The notes under the pieces are model-generated. The model saw only the letters and a program-made list of their open reading frames with translations. It searched no databases and was not told the DNA's origin. Positions 11,761 to 23,900 of a stretch of 64,000 bases of DNA are shown here, in pieces (the stretch's first letter is position 1; each line of letters opens with the position of its first letter). The stretch is from Macrostomum lignano. Lineage: Eukaryota. The stretch is taken from contig NIVC01003617.1 of NCBI GenBank assembly GCA_002269645.1, positions 23,301 through 87,300 of the forward strand, in the 5' to 3' direction. The position numbers and the translations under genes were made by a program.

Positions 11761-12429
11761 ATCGACGGAAATTTTACCAGCCGATTGAATATATTCGTTG
11801 GCTTTAGTAGGCCTTGCGAACATGATCTTTGAACACAGAACTTGTTCGCAACAGCCTTAAAGGCGGTCAGCGATCATGTTCAATTTGGCTTTATAAAGCG
11901 GCGTATCTGTCAACACGGGTGAATATTAATAAAATAATAATAATATAATTTAGTAATGAAAACGAGAATATAAAAAATAATAATAATATTTAAAATAATA
12001 ATTAAAGATATTTATTACAGTACTCTTACAACAAATTGTTTTCTTTGAAATCAAATTCTGCATTGACAAAAAATGTTATAATGTGTAGCGGTTCGGGGCG
12101 GTGCGGTGCGTGTTTTAGGGAGACCCCTCAACGGATATTTTTTTCTTCAAACAGATAATTAAAACAAAAATGAATTCATGTTTCAGAAATCGAATCATGA
12201 GGCATTCTCTACTCTGACGCCATATTCAGCTTTAAAATAATATAAGTGGAAATTTTTTGTCCTAAAGAAAAAACATTGGCACGAATACAAATTGTGTGTT
12301 TAAAGAGATGAATTTTAGTAGTAGTAAATTTGGCTCAGGCTTAAGGAGCCTGTTATGCCAGTATGATCCGATTTATTTATTCAAAAGGTTAAATTTTACA
12401 CGGTCGCTGAAAACGAGTACTACACGATA

Positions 12430-12900
12430 TTTGTATTAAGTAAGGTATTTGAAAGGGCGTCAAGAATTTTTTTACGGTTTTTTTAGCCGATTAACGACTA
12501 AAGACGGAAGCAGCAAGAATCTAAGCAGGGAAAAATAGAAAATCGATGTTGTATATATATGACCTTAATGCAAAACGATTCTTCTAAAATGCGATTCAGA
12601 AAAGGTAGTTAAATATTATTTTGTCAATATAACAAATATCTAGTATAATTGAGGATTATAATTGAGGGGAAAAAAAGAATTTTAGTGAATTTAGAAGTAT
12701 TTGTTTGACAGAATAATATTTAACTACTCTTTTTGAATCGCATTATAGAATAATCGCTTTGCATCGATCAAGGTCATACGGTATCGGTTTTTTATAATTT
12801 CCTACTTAAAATCTTGTTGTTCTGTTGTTAGTCGTTAGTCGTTCGAAAATACCGTAAAAATTCCAGACGCTCTTTCAAATACCTTACTTATACAGATCAT
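12430..12900. mobile_element. AT-rich imperfect palindrome (foldback MITE-like), arms ~12430-12645 and ~12690-12900
   Basis: TAAGTAAGGTATTTGAAAGGGCGTC pairs with GACGCTCTTTCAAATACCTTACTTA. ATGCAAAACGATTCTTCTAAAATGCGATTCA pairs with TGAATCGCATTATAGAATAATCGCTTTGCAT. GTAGTTAAATATTATT pairs with AATAATATTTAACTAC. Confidence 0.7.
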
Positions 12901-13950
12901 TTTTAGAAAGCTCTTGAGGTTTACATTGCAGATAATCAGCGTGATAAATAGTTCAATTTTTACTTTACATCAGCGGCCTGGCTAAACAAAAGAATCATTT
13001 TGTCAATCATAAAAGACTCGTCATGTAAATCATAAAATGAATTGTCATATGTCAGCTAGCCATAAAAGACTTTCTAAAGATGCCAATTAAGGTTAATAGG
13101 AGGGAATTGCTGAGTTGCCAACGCTCATGGGGAAATCGCTAAAATTCTGTGGCTAAATGCTCATGAAGAATCGCTGAGATGTCAACGGCTTTCGGAGGAG
13201 GTTTGGTGCAATGTACGTTGCACATGGCTTTTGATTATGAGATGTCAAGGTTCATTTGGGAAAGGAAGAATTTGTTTCAGAATAACCTACACTTGTGGGT
13301 TTTGAACAATTTTACAGCCACAACTGTTAGTAATTAAGGAAAATAATGTTGAAAGCAAAAAAGCATCCTAAGCTCCCATAGCAAATCACCCTTTGAGCTT
13401 TGGCTGAGCATCTGAGCAACCTCTCCAAGAGCCACAGCGTTTTAGGAATCCCCATGCACGAGACTTTTACATTTCAGAAATCCCCTTCGAGACTTTTCCC
13501 AAACAAAAATGTGACAACGCAAAACTGCCGTCAAAAAGAAACGCACCAGCTCAGCTACTGTGTAATTACAAAGCGTGCATCACACACCGTACTCAACAGC
13601 CTCTCACACTACGACGCCTGATATTCTGACGTAAGGAGCCTTGAAGGAAGATGCGCCTCAGAAGCCTACATCAGCAGGAGATTTCCGCGCTGTCGATGCA
13701 CAACGATCGAGGGTCAAGTAAGAGCTAACAAGAGAGTGACCCTAAGTGACCCAGTCGATGTTCACCTAGTGGGAGGGAACTGAAGTCTCAGTCGTTCTCA
13801 AGCGAGTCCACCAACAGTCCGACAGGTTCTGCGGGGTGAGGGCTCAGTGGGCTGACTTATAGAAGGCTGCGTGCCAACACCGCACTCCACAAACTCAGCA
13901 AAGCCTCAAGGAGCGGGAAAACAGACGGACGCCCGCCCGCTCGCCGCGAC

Positions 13951-15435
13951 AGATGGCTCGCTCACAGACAACACACCAGATGGCTCGCTCACAGAAACAA
14001 CACACCAGATGGCTCGCTCACAGACAACACACTAGATGGCTCGCTCACAGACAACACACTAGATGGCTCGCTCACAGACAACACACTAGATGGCTCGCTC
14101 ACAGACGACACACTAGATGGCTCGCTCACAGACAACACACTAGATTGCTCGCTCACAGACAACACACTAGATGGCTCGCTCACAAACAACACACCAGATG
14201 GCTCGCTCACAGAAACAACACACTAGATGGCTCGCTCAACAGACAAGACACCAGATGGCTCGCTCACAGACAACACACTAGATGGCTCGCTCACACACAA
14301 CACACCAGATGGCTCGCTCACAGACACAACACACTAGATGGCTCGCTCACAGACACAACACACTAGATGGCTCGCTCACACACAACACACCAGATGGCTC
14401 GCTCACAGACACAACACACTAGATGGCTCGCTCACACACAACACACCAGATGGCTCGCTCACAGACACAACACACCAGATGGCTCGCTCACAGACACAAC
14501 ACACCAGATGGCTCGCTCACAGACACAACACACCAGATGGCTCGCTCACAGAAACAACACACCAGATGGCTCGCTCACAGAAACAACACACCAGATGGCT
14601 CGCTCACAGACAACACACCAGATGGCTCGCTCACAGACACAACACACTAGATGGCTCGCTCACAGACACAACACACTAGATGGCTCGCTCACAGAAACAA
14701 CACAACAGATGGCTCGCTCACAGAAACAACACACCAGATGGCTCGCTCACAGAAACAACACACCAGATGGCTCGCTCACAGACACAACACACTAGATGGC
14801 TCGCTCACAGAAACAACACACTAGATGGCTCGCTCACAGAAACAACACACTAGATGGCTCGCTCACAGACAACACACTAGATGGCTCGCTCGCAGACACA
14901 ACACACTAGATGGCTCGCTCACAGACACAACACACCAGATGGCTCGCTCACAGACACAACACACTAGATGGCTCGCTCACAGACACAACACACTAGATGG
15001 CTCGCTCACACACAACACACCAGATGGCTCGCTCACAGACACAACACACCAGATGGCTCGCTCACAGAAACAACACAACAGATGGCTCGCTCACAGACAC
15101 AACACAACAGATGGCTCGCTCACAGAAACAACACACTAGATGGCTCGCTCACAGACACAACACACTAGATGGCTCGCTCACAGAAACAACACAACAGATG
15201 GCTCGCTCACAGAAACAACACACCAGATGGCTCGCTCACAGACACAACACACCAGATGGCTCGCTCACAGAAACAACACACCAGATGGCTCGCTCACAGA
15301 CACAACACACCAGATGGCTCGCTCACAGACACAACACACTAGATGGCTCGCTCACAGACACAACACACTAGATGGCTCGCTCACAGAAACAACACAACAG
15401 ATGGCTCGCTCACAGACACAACACAACAGATGGCT
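13951..15435 (+). repeat. 27-29-bp tandem satellite (AGATGGCTCGCTCACAGACACAACACACY), ~50 copies
   Basis: Direct inspection. The MARSQTQHTRWLAH ORFs are repeat translations. Confidence 0.97.
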
Positions 15436-16350
15436 GTCAAGTGTTGTCAAGTCGCTGAAGAATCCCAGAATTTATGACTTTATGTGCTCAGCTCCAATTT
15501 TGTTGTCCAGCACAGAAAACACTTATAAACTTCAAGTAATTTACAGGCCAGTAATCTCAGTTGTAGGTATGCAGATATTTCTCTTCCCGACACAGCCGAT
15601 CAATAGTGCTACCTTCATAAAGCGAAGTTAATTACGTAAAAATACCCACAGGGAAGTCAAGTCATAAGCTAACATTGGAGCGAAATTCATTGCTTTCACA
15701 GATTGATTCAATTCAGGGAGTGGCGACAATAAACAGTTCCCAGCCTTCTTGCATTGCCACTCAGTTGAGATGTAGCAGGCAATTAACAAATTGCAAGGCT
15801 GGTCTGCTCCCAGATTTCTGCTTAGATCCTATATGCCAAAACTGGTTTGTTTATTCCTGGAAATGTTTCATTTGGCACCGTATATGAAAATGTAGATTTA
15901 CGTGCAACCGATAAAAGATTTAATTTTAATTCAATCAAATTTCAGTCACTTTCCAATCTTTTTCCCATCCTTTTCCCGTCTTTTTCATCCTTTCCCCAAA
16001 TTTTTCCCCGCCTTTTCCCATTCTTTCCCCATCTTATTACCATTCGAATGACTCTTATTTTATTTTACTAATTTTAGCGTTTGCATTAAGCTCTGCCGGC
16101 TTCTTAAGATTTCATTATAAATATAATTCTTTCAAACAACTCATTCGGCGAAAAGCAATAGTCTATGGCCAACAAATTTATGATCATCAATAAACCCGTT
16201 GGGATATCGAAGATGAAAATTATTCAGCATTTGAGCACCCAAATCGTTTGGGCAGCAACTAAAAATTTGTCGAATCCTGTTGCGGTAACGCCTAAAAGCA
16301 AATCGTGAGATCGGTTAAATAATTGTCCAAGTCAACAGTACCGACTCAAA

Positions 16351-18852
16351 ATGGCGTCGGCAAGCACCTGCGGCAGGCAGCATGCTCCAATGGGCACGCC
16401 AACCAGCGATGGATTCGAACCCAAGCAGCCTGACTTAGAGAAGAAAAAGGTTGTCATCGACTACTCACCTGGTCCGGATTCCATTAGCAAAGTGATGCGG
16501 AAGCGAACCCTGTCGATGATGGAACTCCTAGGTGACAATTTTGACGGCAAAGAAGCTCGGCCTACGGATTTTCCTAAGTTTTCTGCATCCAGCAGAGGAT
16601 TTTCAATTGAAAAGCACTCATGCAAACCGCCTGTAGCATCGAAACCTGATATTAACTGTGAGGCTAAGCAGGTGGAAGATCGCAAAAGTGCAAAAAGATC
16701 GCAGTGCGGCATGCGCCAGGAAGATGACGTCCAACCGGATCAGCAGTTTTCCATACAGCAGTCCGACCACCGATGCCGCAGAGTGGCGCCCGGACAAGAA
16801 TGCAAGCCTAAGCCAAAGACGAAGCCTTGCACATTTCCGCAACTATCGTTAGCACTGTTCCCAATGCCTATGCCTATGGACGATATGCAACAAGTTCGAC
16901 AACCAAAAAGTGGTAAGCGAGCAGATCAAACCACCAGACACAGTGCTTCCACACGGTTCCCACAATTTGAGGATAGCAAAGGTAAGAAGAAACTTCGGGT
17001 TTCCTTCGCTCAAGAAGCTGAAGAAGACATCACAGCAATGTACACGCGATGTGATCCGAAATGGCAGGAGAGACTAGCCAACGAAACAGCCAAAAAGGGG
17101 CGAAAAACAGCTGCAAAAGAAAACCAAAGCCGAGAACAGATCAATCCAGACATTGGTAAGATGCCAAACTACACTGAGCAGTCGGGGAAACACCAGACGG
17201 TGCAACAAAAGCAGCCGAGTGTCAAAATTCAGCAGGAAACAAAGCGTAACATCACGGAAACGCAACTGAATGAGCTCCAAAGGTGCGTAGGCATGTATGA
17301 TGATGGCAACTATCCTCAGGAAACAAACGCTGAACCAGAACTACCGGAAGCACCCCAGTATAGAACTCCAAAAAAATACCGCGGTTCATGCTGGGACATG
17401 TACCAGCAAGAAAGTCCGGGAGGCAGCAAGGAAAGTGAGCAAATGGAGCAGCTGCAATGTACAGAAAGTTCTCTGGGCGATGAGAAGCAGCAAAGTGGAA
17501 GCGAGACGCTTCAGGATGCTGAACGACTGCATCAGTGTAGCGGCAAAATTTACAGCGAATATAATCGTGTAGAATTTGAGGCAAATAGGGATGAAGAAGA
17601 CGAAGACGACACCGAGTCCAGAAAGCCTATAGGGAACGAAAATTTCGAAAAACAAGCAACCGATAAACAAAGACCTCGCTCAAGTGTTCTAGCAGAACTT
17701 GAAGTTAGTCGAATGGAACCAATCCCTATCCAGCAAACAAAGCGCGTTAGTCAGGACTACACGCTTCAAATTGGTGTAAGAAATTCCACTACAGGAGAGA
17801 GTTTTGCAGAAAACCAGCAAAGCACGACAAGAGACCAAGCTGTCGACAAGACACGTATTCAAGCCAGTCCAGAAGACCAACAGCAGCGAGTTCGGAGATG
17901 TAATTCTCAACATAGACCACAAGCACTGGCAAATCAAAAGTCAGTTCAACGACAGAGTCGCGCTGAAAAGCCACCTTGCATTGGCTTCCAACGGACTGGA
18001 GGAGTAAATCAGCATCGGCGCAGCGAGAGCGAACCGAGTATGCAGCGAGACCGTCGGATTTCTCCGTCCGGTCAGCGGCCTGAACGAAGTGACGCACTCA
18101 GACAAAATACCTGGAAACGTGACGACAACAAAGTCGACCCGCCGCCTCAAATAGTAACCAAGTGCTTGGAGCAAACGGTGCAGCAACGACCAAAAGAATC
18201 GACAGATATTTCAGATGCATGCAATGAAGCTCTTCGACAAGACTCCGAGCGCAAAAGAAGGCGAGAGCAAGCTGAAAGAGCCCAGGAGATCGCTTTACTA
18301 GAAGCTCTAAAGCCGAAGCGCAAAGCTGCCCCGGAGCAAAACCAGCCAGCAACGACCTGCCCCAAGGTTGAATGCCATTGCTCGCTGCACTCGGAGCAGA
18401 CCTGTAAAGGACCAGCTAAGAAGCGGCCAGTGGCCAAGCCAATAGCAGATTCTGACTGCAATAAACAAACAAAAGAGAGCACTAGCGACAGAATCAATCC
18501 GGAATCCGCCTGCTCAGAGGACGCAGGCAAAGTGGAATGGGTTCGAGAGGGCCACCTCCTCGTGAAGCTCAACAACGGCAAGCCGAGCGGTGCAAAGGTT
18601 GTGAGCAAAGGTAGCCTCTCCGACGACATATACAGTAGCGGCGATCAGCCGGTAAAGGCGGAGTCCAGTGAGGCAACGACGCCGGAACAGAAAACGCTAG
18701 AAGAAGAGACAATGGAAGATTCATCAATGGTGGAGACTGTTCCTCAGCCTCCTCGAAACGATTTGCTGTGGGGCGCCGGCGAGGGCGAAAATACATTAGA
18801 GACCACTGATGATGACCCAGTCGCGGGATCTAAAAAGAAGTGCTGCTGCTGA
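16351..18852 (+). CDS. Single-exon 833-aa Q/E/K/R/S-rich, probably disordered protein with KKKLRVSF (PP1 RVxF) motif and C-terminal KKKCCC
   Basis: 2.5-kb uninterrupted ATG-initiated ORF that is not tandem-repetitive. No recognisable folded domain. ATTAAA near 19103. Confidence 0.8.
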   Translation: MASASTCGRQHAPMGTPTSDGFEPKQPDLEKKKVVIDYSPGPDSISKVMRKRTLSMMELLGDNFDGKEARPTDFPKFSASSRGFSIEKHSCKPPVASKPDINCEAKQVEDRKSAKRSQCGMRQEDDVQPDQQFSIQQSDHRCRRVAPGQECKPKPKTKPCTFPQLSLALFPMPMPMDDMQQVRQPKSGKRADQTTRHSASTRFPQFEDSKGKKKLRVSFAQEAEEDITAMYTRCDPKWQERLANETAKKGRKTAAKENQSREQINPDIGKMPNYTEQSGKHQTVQQKQPSVKIQQETKRNITETQLNELQRCVGMYDDGNYPQETNAEPELPEAPQYRTPKKYRGSCWDMYQQESPGGSKESEQMEQLQCTESSLGDEKQQSGSETLQDAERLHQCSGKIYSEYNRVEFEANRDEEDEDDTESRKPIGNENFEKQATDKQRPRSSVLAELEVSRMEPIPIQQTKRVSQDYTLQIGVRNSTTGESFAENQQSTTRDQAVDKTRIQASPEDQQQRVRRCNSQHRPQALANQKSVQRQSRAEKPPCIGFQRTGGVNQHRRSESEPSMQRDRRISPSGQRPERSDALRQNTWKRDDNKVDPPPQIVTKCLEQTVQQRPKESTDISDACNEALRQDSERKRRREQAERAQEIALLEALKPKRKAAPEQNQPATTCPKVECHCSLHSEQTCKGPAKKRPVAKPIADSDCNKQTKESTSDRINPESACSEDAGKVEWVREGHLLVKLNNGKPSGAKVVSKGSLSDDIYSSGDQPVKAESSEATTPEQKTLEEETMEDSSMVETVPQPPRNDLLWGAGEGENTLETTDDDPVAGSKKKCCC

Positions 18853-20667
18853 TTTACTGCTCACCGTTTTGTTTCCCATTCGGGCAAAATGCATATAAGC
18901 CTTGCAAATTTAATTTCTCAACAGCGTTAAAACCTTTTTCCCCCGACATGGCGTCAAACTGCTACTGAAATGCAATTTATCTCCTGTGACATTTAATGCT
19001 TGCGAAGCATTTGGTCACGATAGAAATTTTCTTTTTGCAAAACTGTCTATTGATTTTGTTTTTTTCTCTGGGAAACAAGAAATTGTTTTAAGTGTTGCAC
19101 TTATTAAAAGGAGCCGCGAAATCACGCCAGACTTTCGTGATTAGTCCAGATGGGACCATATAATCAATCTAGTCACGAGATAAAAGATCGCAACTCATTA
19201 ATCTTTCCCTTTTCATAGGGCGAGGGCTTAGGAGTAGTTGGGTGGAAAAATCTAGGTACGGTCAAAACTCACGACTTGAAAGCGTGATCCGGCCTGAAGG
19301 CAGGAGGGAAAGAAGCAATCATTTTTTCATGAATTTCGTAAATCAGTCAGGCCCTGCTAAGGCTTTTCCCGAAAGCAGAAAATTGCAGGCATGTTTGCGT
19401 TAGCCGCTAATATTAGCAAGGAAAAGATAAATTACATGATGCGGGAAGCTGAGACCCTGCAGACCCGGGATGAGGAGCAATTACTTGCGCGGGCTACCCT
19501 GCAAAATGATTTGATAGAGGAGCCCCGGCAAAGCAGCGGGGATATGGATGCATATTCAAAGAGGTTGTAAATCAAAATTTTGTAAATGGTACAATTAAAT
19601 CGACGATAATTTTTTGTTTTACTATACTGAATATAATTTTGAAAACATACTTTCTGGTCTGATGAAACCTGAACTGAAGGGCTGTATAAAATCGATGAAA
19701 CGGAGAATCAGCTCCTAAAATCTACGAGCGTACCACTCAACGTTGCTGTGCTAGCTTGCCCGTTATTTTCGAATATTTGGCTTCTTCTACCAGTCATTAG
19801 TCATTTGCTGCCCCGCTGACCGAATCTCTCAATCTGACTATATCCGACGAATCTTCTCCTGCTCTCAAGGTGCCTTTCGCCAGGCAAAGAGAGTAGAGAA
19901 AGTGATCTATAAAAACAATTATATTCTTCTTTTATTAGCCGGCACAACTCTCCAGTTGCATTCCCCTTTCTCAGCGCATTCTCAAAACGGAGTATGAGAA
20001 AACCAATCGATCTGAAGTCTCTTGGTTCCAGTCACAGTGCTTGAGTGCAATTCCATTGTCTATTTCAGTGGTAAATTTAGAACAGTTTCACTAGGAGAGA
20101 TGGCAGATTAAAAAAACCATTCATACATATTTGATACGGTGCTGAAAAGTACAAAACGGATGAAGCCGCTTCGCAGTGATTCGATTTTTCGGTGCATAGG
20201 TTGAGCCTATTGACAAACATCATACAGTCAAGCAGATACATTTATACATAGAATTAACCTACAGTTAGATATACCTTTAAATTATTATATGCACTTATAA
20301 TTGGCTAGTACAGTAACATTCAAAGCCCCACTCAATTATAGGTTTGGTTGCACCAAGGCAATGCAAATTGGTTTCATGATTTAACACGCTTTGAAACAAG
20401 ATGAAACACGTTTTGAGAGAAAGAAAAAGAAAATTAGCAAAAAGTCATCTACTATTAATTATGGAACACCTGCTGACCAATGCTGACCACTGCAAACAGG
20501 TAACACAAAGAAAGCAAGATAAATTGCATTGCCAGGTAGGTATCGATTTTTGATTCAACGGGATGCAATTTTGAAGGAGGGGCCATGACTGACAGAGGTG
20601 ACGCTGGGCTTTCATGACAACCAGACGGGACGCTCCTTAGCTACAATTCTTGACTTGATTAGCCCAG

Positions 20668-20980
20668 TTATTGTCTCTTGACTGCCGTGAGAATCGCGGG
20701 CGCCGCCTCTTCCTCGTCGATGCTATCCTTTGCGGAGCACCGACTCAACTTCAATGGCGCGCGCTTCTGCTTCGGCTGCTGATGTCGAAGGCCACGCTCG
20801 CTCTCGTGCCGGCGCAGCAGTCCGCAGGCCGGTGGCTTCAGGAACTGGTTGAACAGGGCGCTACTTCTCTCGTCAATGCTGTAGTCGCGACGTAGCCGGT
20901 GGCGGCGGGCCTCAGACGAGGCTGCGGATCCGCTGCCGCCGCTACCGGATAGGGAGGCTGCTGACGCGGAGACTTGGGAT
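20668..20980 (-). CDS. CBARP: Terminal coding exon of the CBARP-like gene
   Basis: Acceptor CCCTGCAG at 20981. The frame is open to TAA at 20670-20668 and encodes RLRRDYSIDERSSALFNQFLK. Confidence 0.75.
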
Positions 20981-23900
20981 CTGCAGGGTTTGAGATCGAG
21001 GCTAAGCGATGAGGACGAGATTAGGGTATCCGCGGATGTTGTAGATTAAAGCATCAGTACTTTATGCTAGTAGCTTGAAAGGTCCGCACAGCGGAGTTGA
21101 GCTGTCTCATGGAGCTATTAGCTTTGAACGCTGTTTGGAGGAACTATAAATGCTTCAGATGTGAAAAAATAAATCCAGATAACTTCGAGCAGAGTTATAT
21201 TAGGATACATTTCTGTACAGTGTTAACAAGGGGAGGCTCCCACAATTAATCCAGATTCGATTCTGTTCGGAGACTCATCGATTTGCTACTGTGTTGTAAT
21301 AATTAACATTACACGCTCGTAACAGGTGAATGGCGTGTGCGATTCACGCCAATGACAGCCAACGCCATAGGCGCAGACATGCCTGACGATGAGAAAATAC
21401 ATGCTGTTTGTTTGCCTGCTTACGTGTCCGCGTGCGTGCCTAAGGCGGGTCAGTGGACCAGCGAACTGCTTTCCACCTCTCTGGCAACCTGACAGTGCTC
21501 AAAACTGATAAACTAATACTAATATACGAGATACATGCAGCTGCAGCGTTAGCAAGTGGGTCTTCAAAATTTTGTTTGATAAAATCGATTGCTGCGTCCT
21601 GATACAACGATAGCTTCTCGGGAGTACCGTAGTGTTTGGGTTGTCTCCGTGCGAAATAGCTATTCAAACGGATGATGCTTTGGCGTAAAATTAATGGGTT
21701 GTAACTACAAATTCAAGCGCTTTTTGTGCTAAACTTTGAAGTACGCTCGTAAGTTAACCAGACTCATAAGAGCATCTATTTAGACGAGAGCTTCAACGCG
21801 CAGGGTCAGCTGCTGAAGATCGAGCTCAGGAGAGCGAATCATGATCAAGAACAGTTTATCATGCTGTTGGGCAGCCATCATAGGTGAAGATTGAACAATT
21901 CCAAGTGCATATAATAGTGGACACTTGTCACTATCATATACCATTATAGAGCATTACAAAAGTTTCTGTAAGGAATAAGGTAGTGAAAGTTTTTTTTTAA
22001 AAACGCTTGAAACTTTTGTTACCATTAACCGTAGTTCCCTAAGAAAAGACCCCAAGTGGGTGACGTACAGTGGCAAAGCTGTAACGCTGTAACCCTCTAA
22101 TTAAATTTTACATCTCCTGTAAACTGACTAAGCTGTTAATGAAACGCTCGGTACCTTCTCTATTTGTACAAGTTTATTACGCCTTATTTCGCCTGGCCTC
22201 GTTTAATCCAGGGCAAGTACGAGCTCGAAAAAGATTTGTTACGCACCTGAGAAACCTAGCAACCAGGGGATTCTCGTGGCAGCCGTAGAAGACGCCACTA
22301 AAGCTTTCTTCCGGACCAAATGCTTCATCGCTTCCGTCGCCTTCGCAGGTTTCGTCCTCGAAGACGCCGTCGCCATCGGTCGCCGACGCTTGAAGACAAC
22401 TGCGACGCTCAACACTGCGGTAGCCGGAATCCCGCTGCAGCAGGCGGAGCTGGCCACGCTTCGCTGAAGAGACGCAGTCACTGACGTCCTCTGCTATCTC
22501 GATGCTGTCCTTACTGTCCTCGGCTTCATCCTCATCGTCGTCGAGCTCGTCCTCGAAGCTGGAGCGCAGTCGCCAGAGGTCGCGCAGCTCGACTATAGTC
22601 AGCCTCGCCTTGTCGGAGTTGTCGCTGGTGTTAATGACGATCTCAGTCAGTGAATTCGGTGTCGCTTTGTTGCCTTGTTGGGCTGTCACTTCCGGGGGAT
22701 TTTTTGGTCTGGTGGTTTCCGGTGTGGGTACGTGTGCTTCGTGTGAGGCCTGGGTTTGACCCCATCTGCGGAGGGCAGATTTTTATCAACTGTAATACGA
22801 GCTAAACGCTTGCAATTACAAAAAGTGGCAAGCGGAACAAGGCCATAAGATAAATTGTGCAGAACTCACTCACTTCTTTGTGAAATTAATTTTGTGCTGG
22901 CAGACGGGCGCTTGCGGTAAAGTTGATACAGTAATAACAGCGGAGGCTGAAATGGATGAAAAATTAATATGAATAGGTAGGTATGCTTTTGTCATGACAT
23001 TTTCTAGAGTTAAGCCTTACTTGGTTGAAAACTTAAAAAGATTGTAAAAATCGATTCAACACGTAATCGGCTGGCCCTTTTTGGTTAGTCGTATGGTTGG
23101 TTATGTAATAAAAATACCCTACAAGGTCATATTCATAGGGAAAGGTTTGCGGTAATGACAATAAAACTTATTGGGTAGTAGAGGAAAGCAGAATTATTTT
23201 AGAATTCGCTGGAATCAGCTACAGACAGCAAGCATGAGTGGAAGTGCACGCACATTTATTCGCCGCTGACTCAATTACATTCGACAGCTCGACTAGACTA
23301 AATAACCAAGATAGATTATCCCGTGACGAGATCAGACGGCATATTCCATTCCCGCAGTCAGACAGCACCATAATTGCACCCGACAGCCGAAATGGTAAAT
23401 CGCTATATTTTAGCAAGGGGGAAATTTCAAACTGCAAATACCGGTTCCGCACTAGCGATTTTTCGAACTACTATCGGATCCAGGAGACGAATTATTCAAA
23501 TGATCTGGGACCGTATAAATCGAACTGAATTTTTCATCTGATTTCCAATTCCAGCCACTGTATAAGCTCTCTAATAAATGAAAATAGTCCTAAATACACC
23601 ATAAAAATGAAATGTCATTAAAATTGAATCGGTTTCAAAATGTAGCTTTTTGTAGACGGCTCACTAAACACCCCCTGTGTAGATCAGATGTAACTATGGG
23701 CCGTATGCAGAAAGCTCTGTCTAGGGTAGTCTGGTCTTGAAAAGCTAGTCTAGACTTGGATTTGGTATGCAGAAACGCAAAGTTAGACCGGTCTTCTATA
23801 GCAGAACTAGGCTAGCTAGACCATAGACCATAGACTGAACTACCCAAGCCCGGACTAGCTAGTCTGGACTAGGCTTTCTGCATACGGCCCTATGTAACTA

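Noticed and set aside
13953-15631. MARSQTQHTRWLAH ORFs
   Set aside because: Satellite translations in mixed 27/29-bp frames. The array has no unique spacers, so it is not CRISPR.
19660-19730. CTGATGA...GAAAC hammerhead-like core
   Set aside because: Could not build stem II or the flanking stems.
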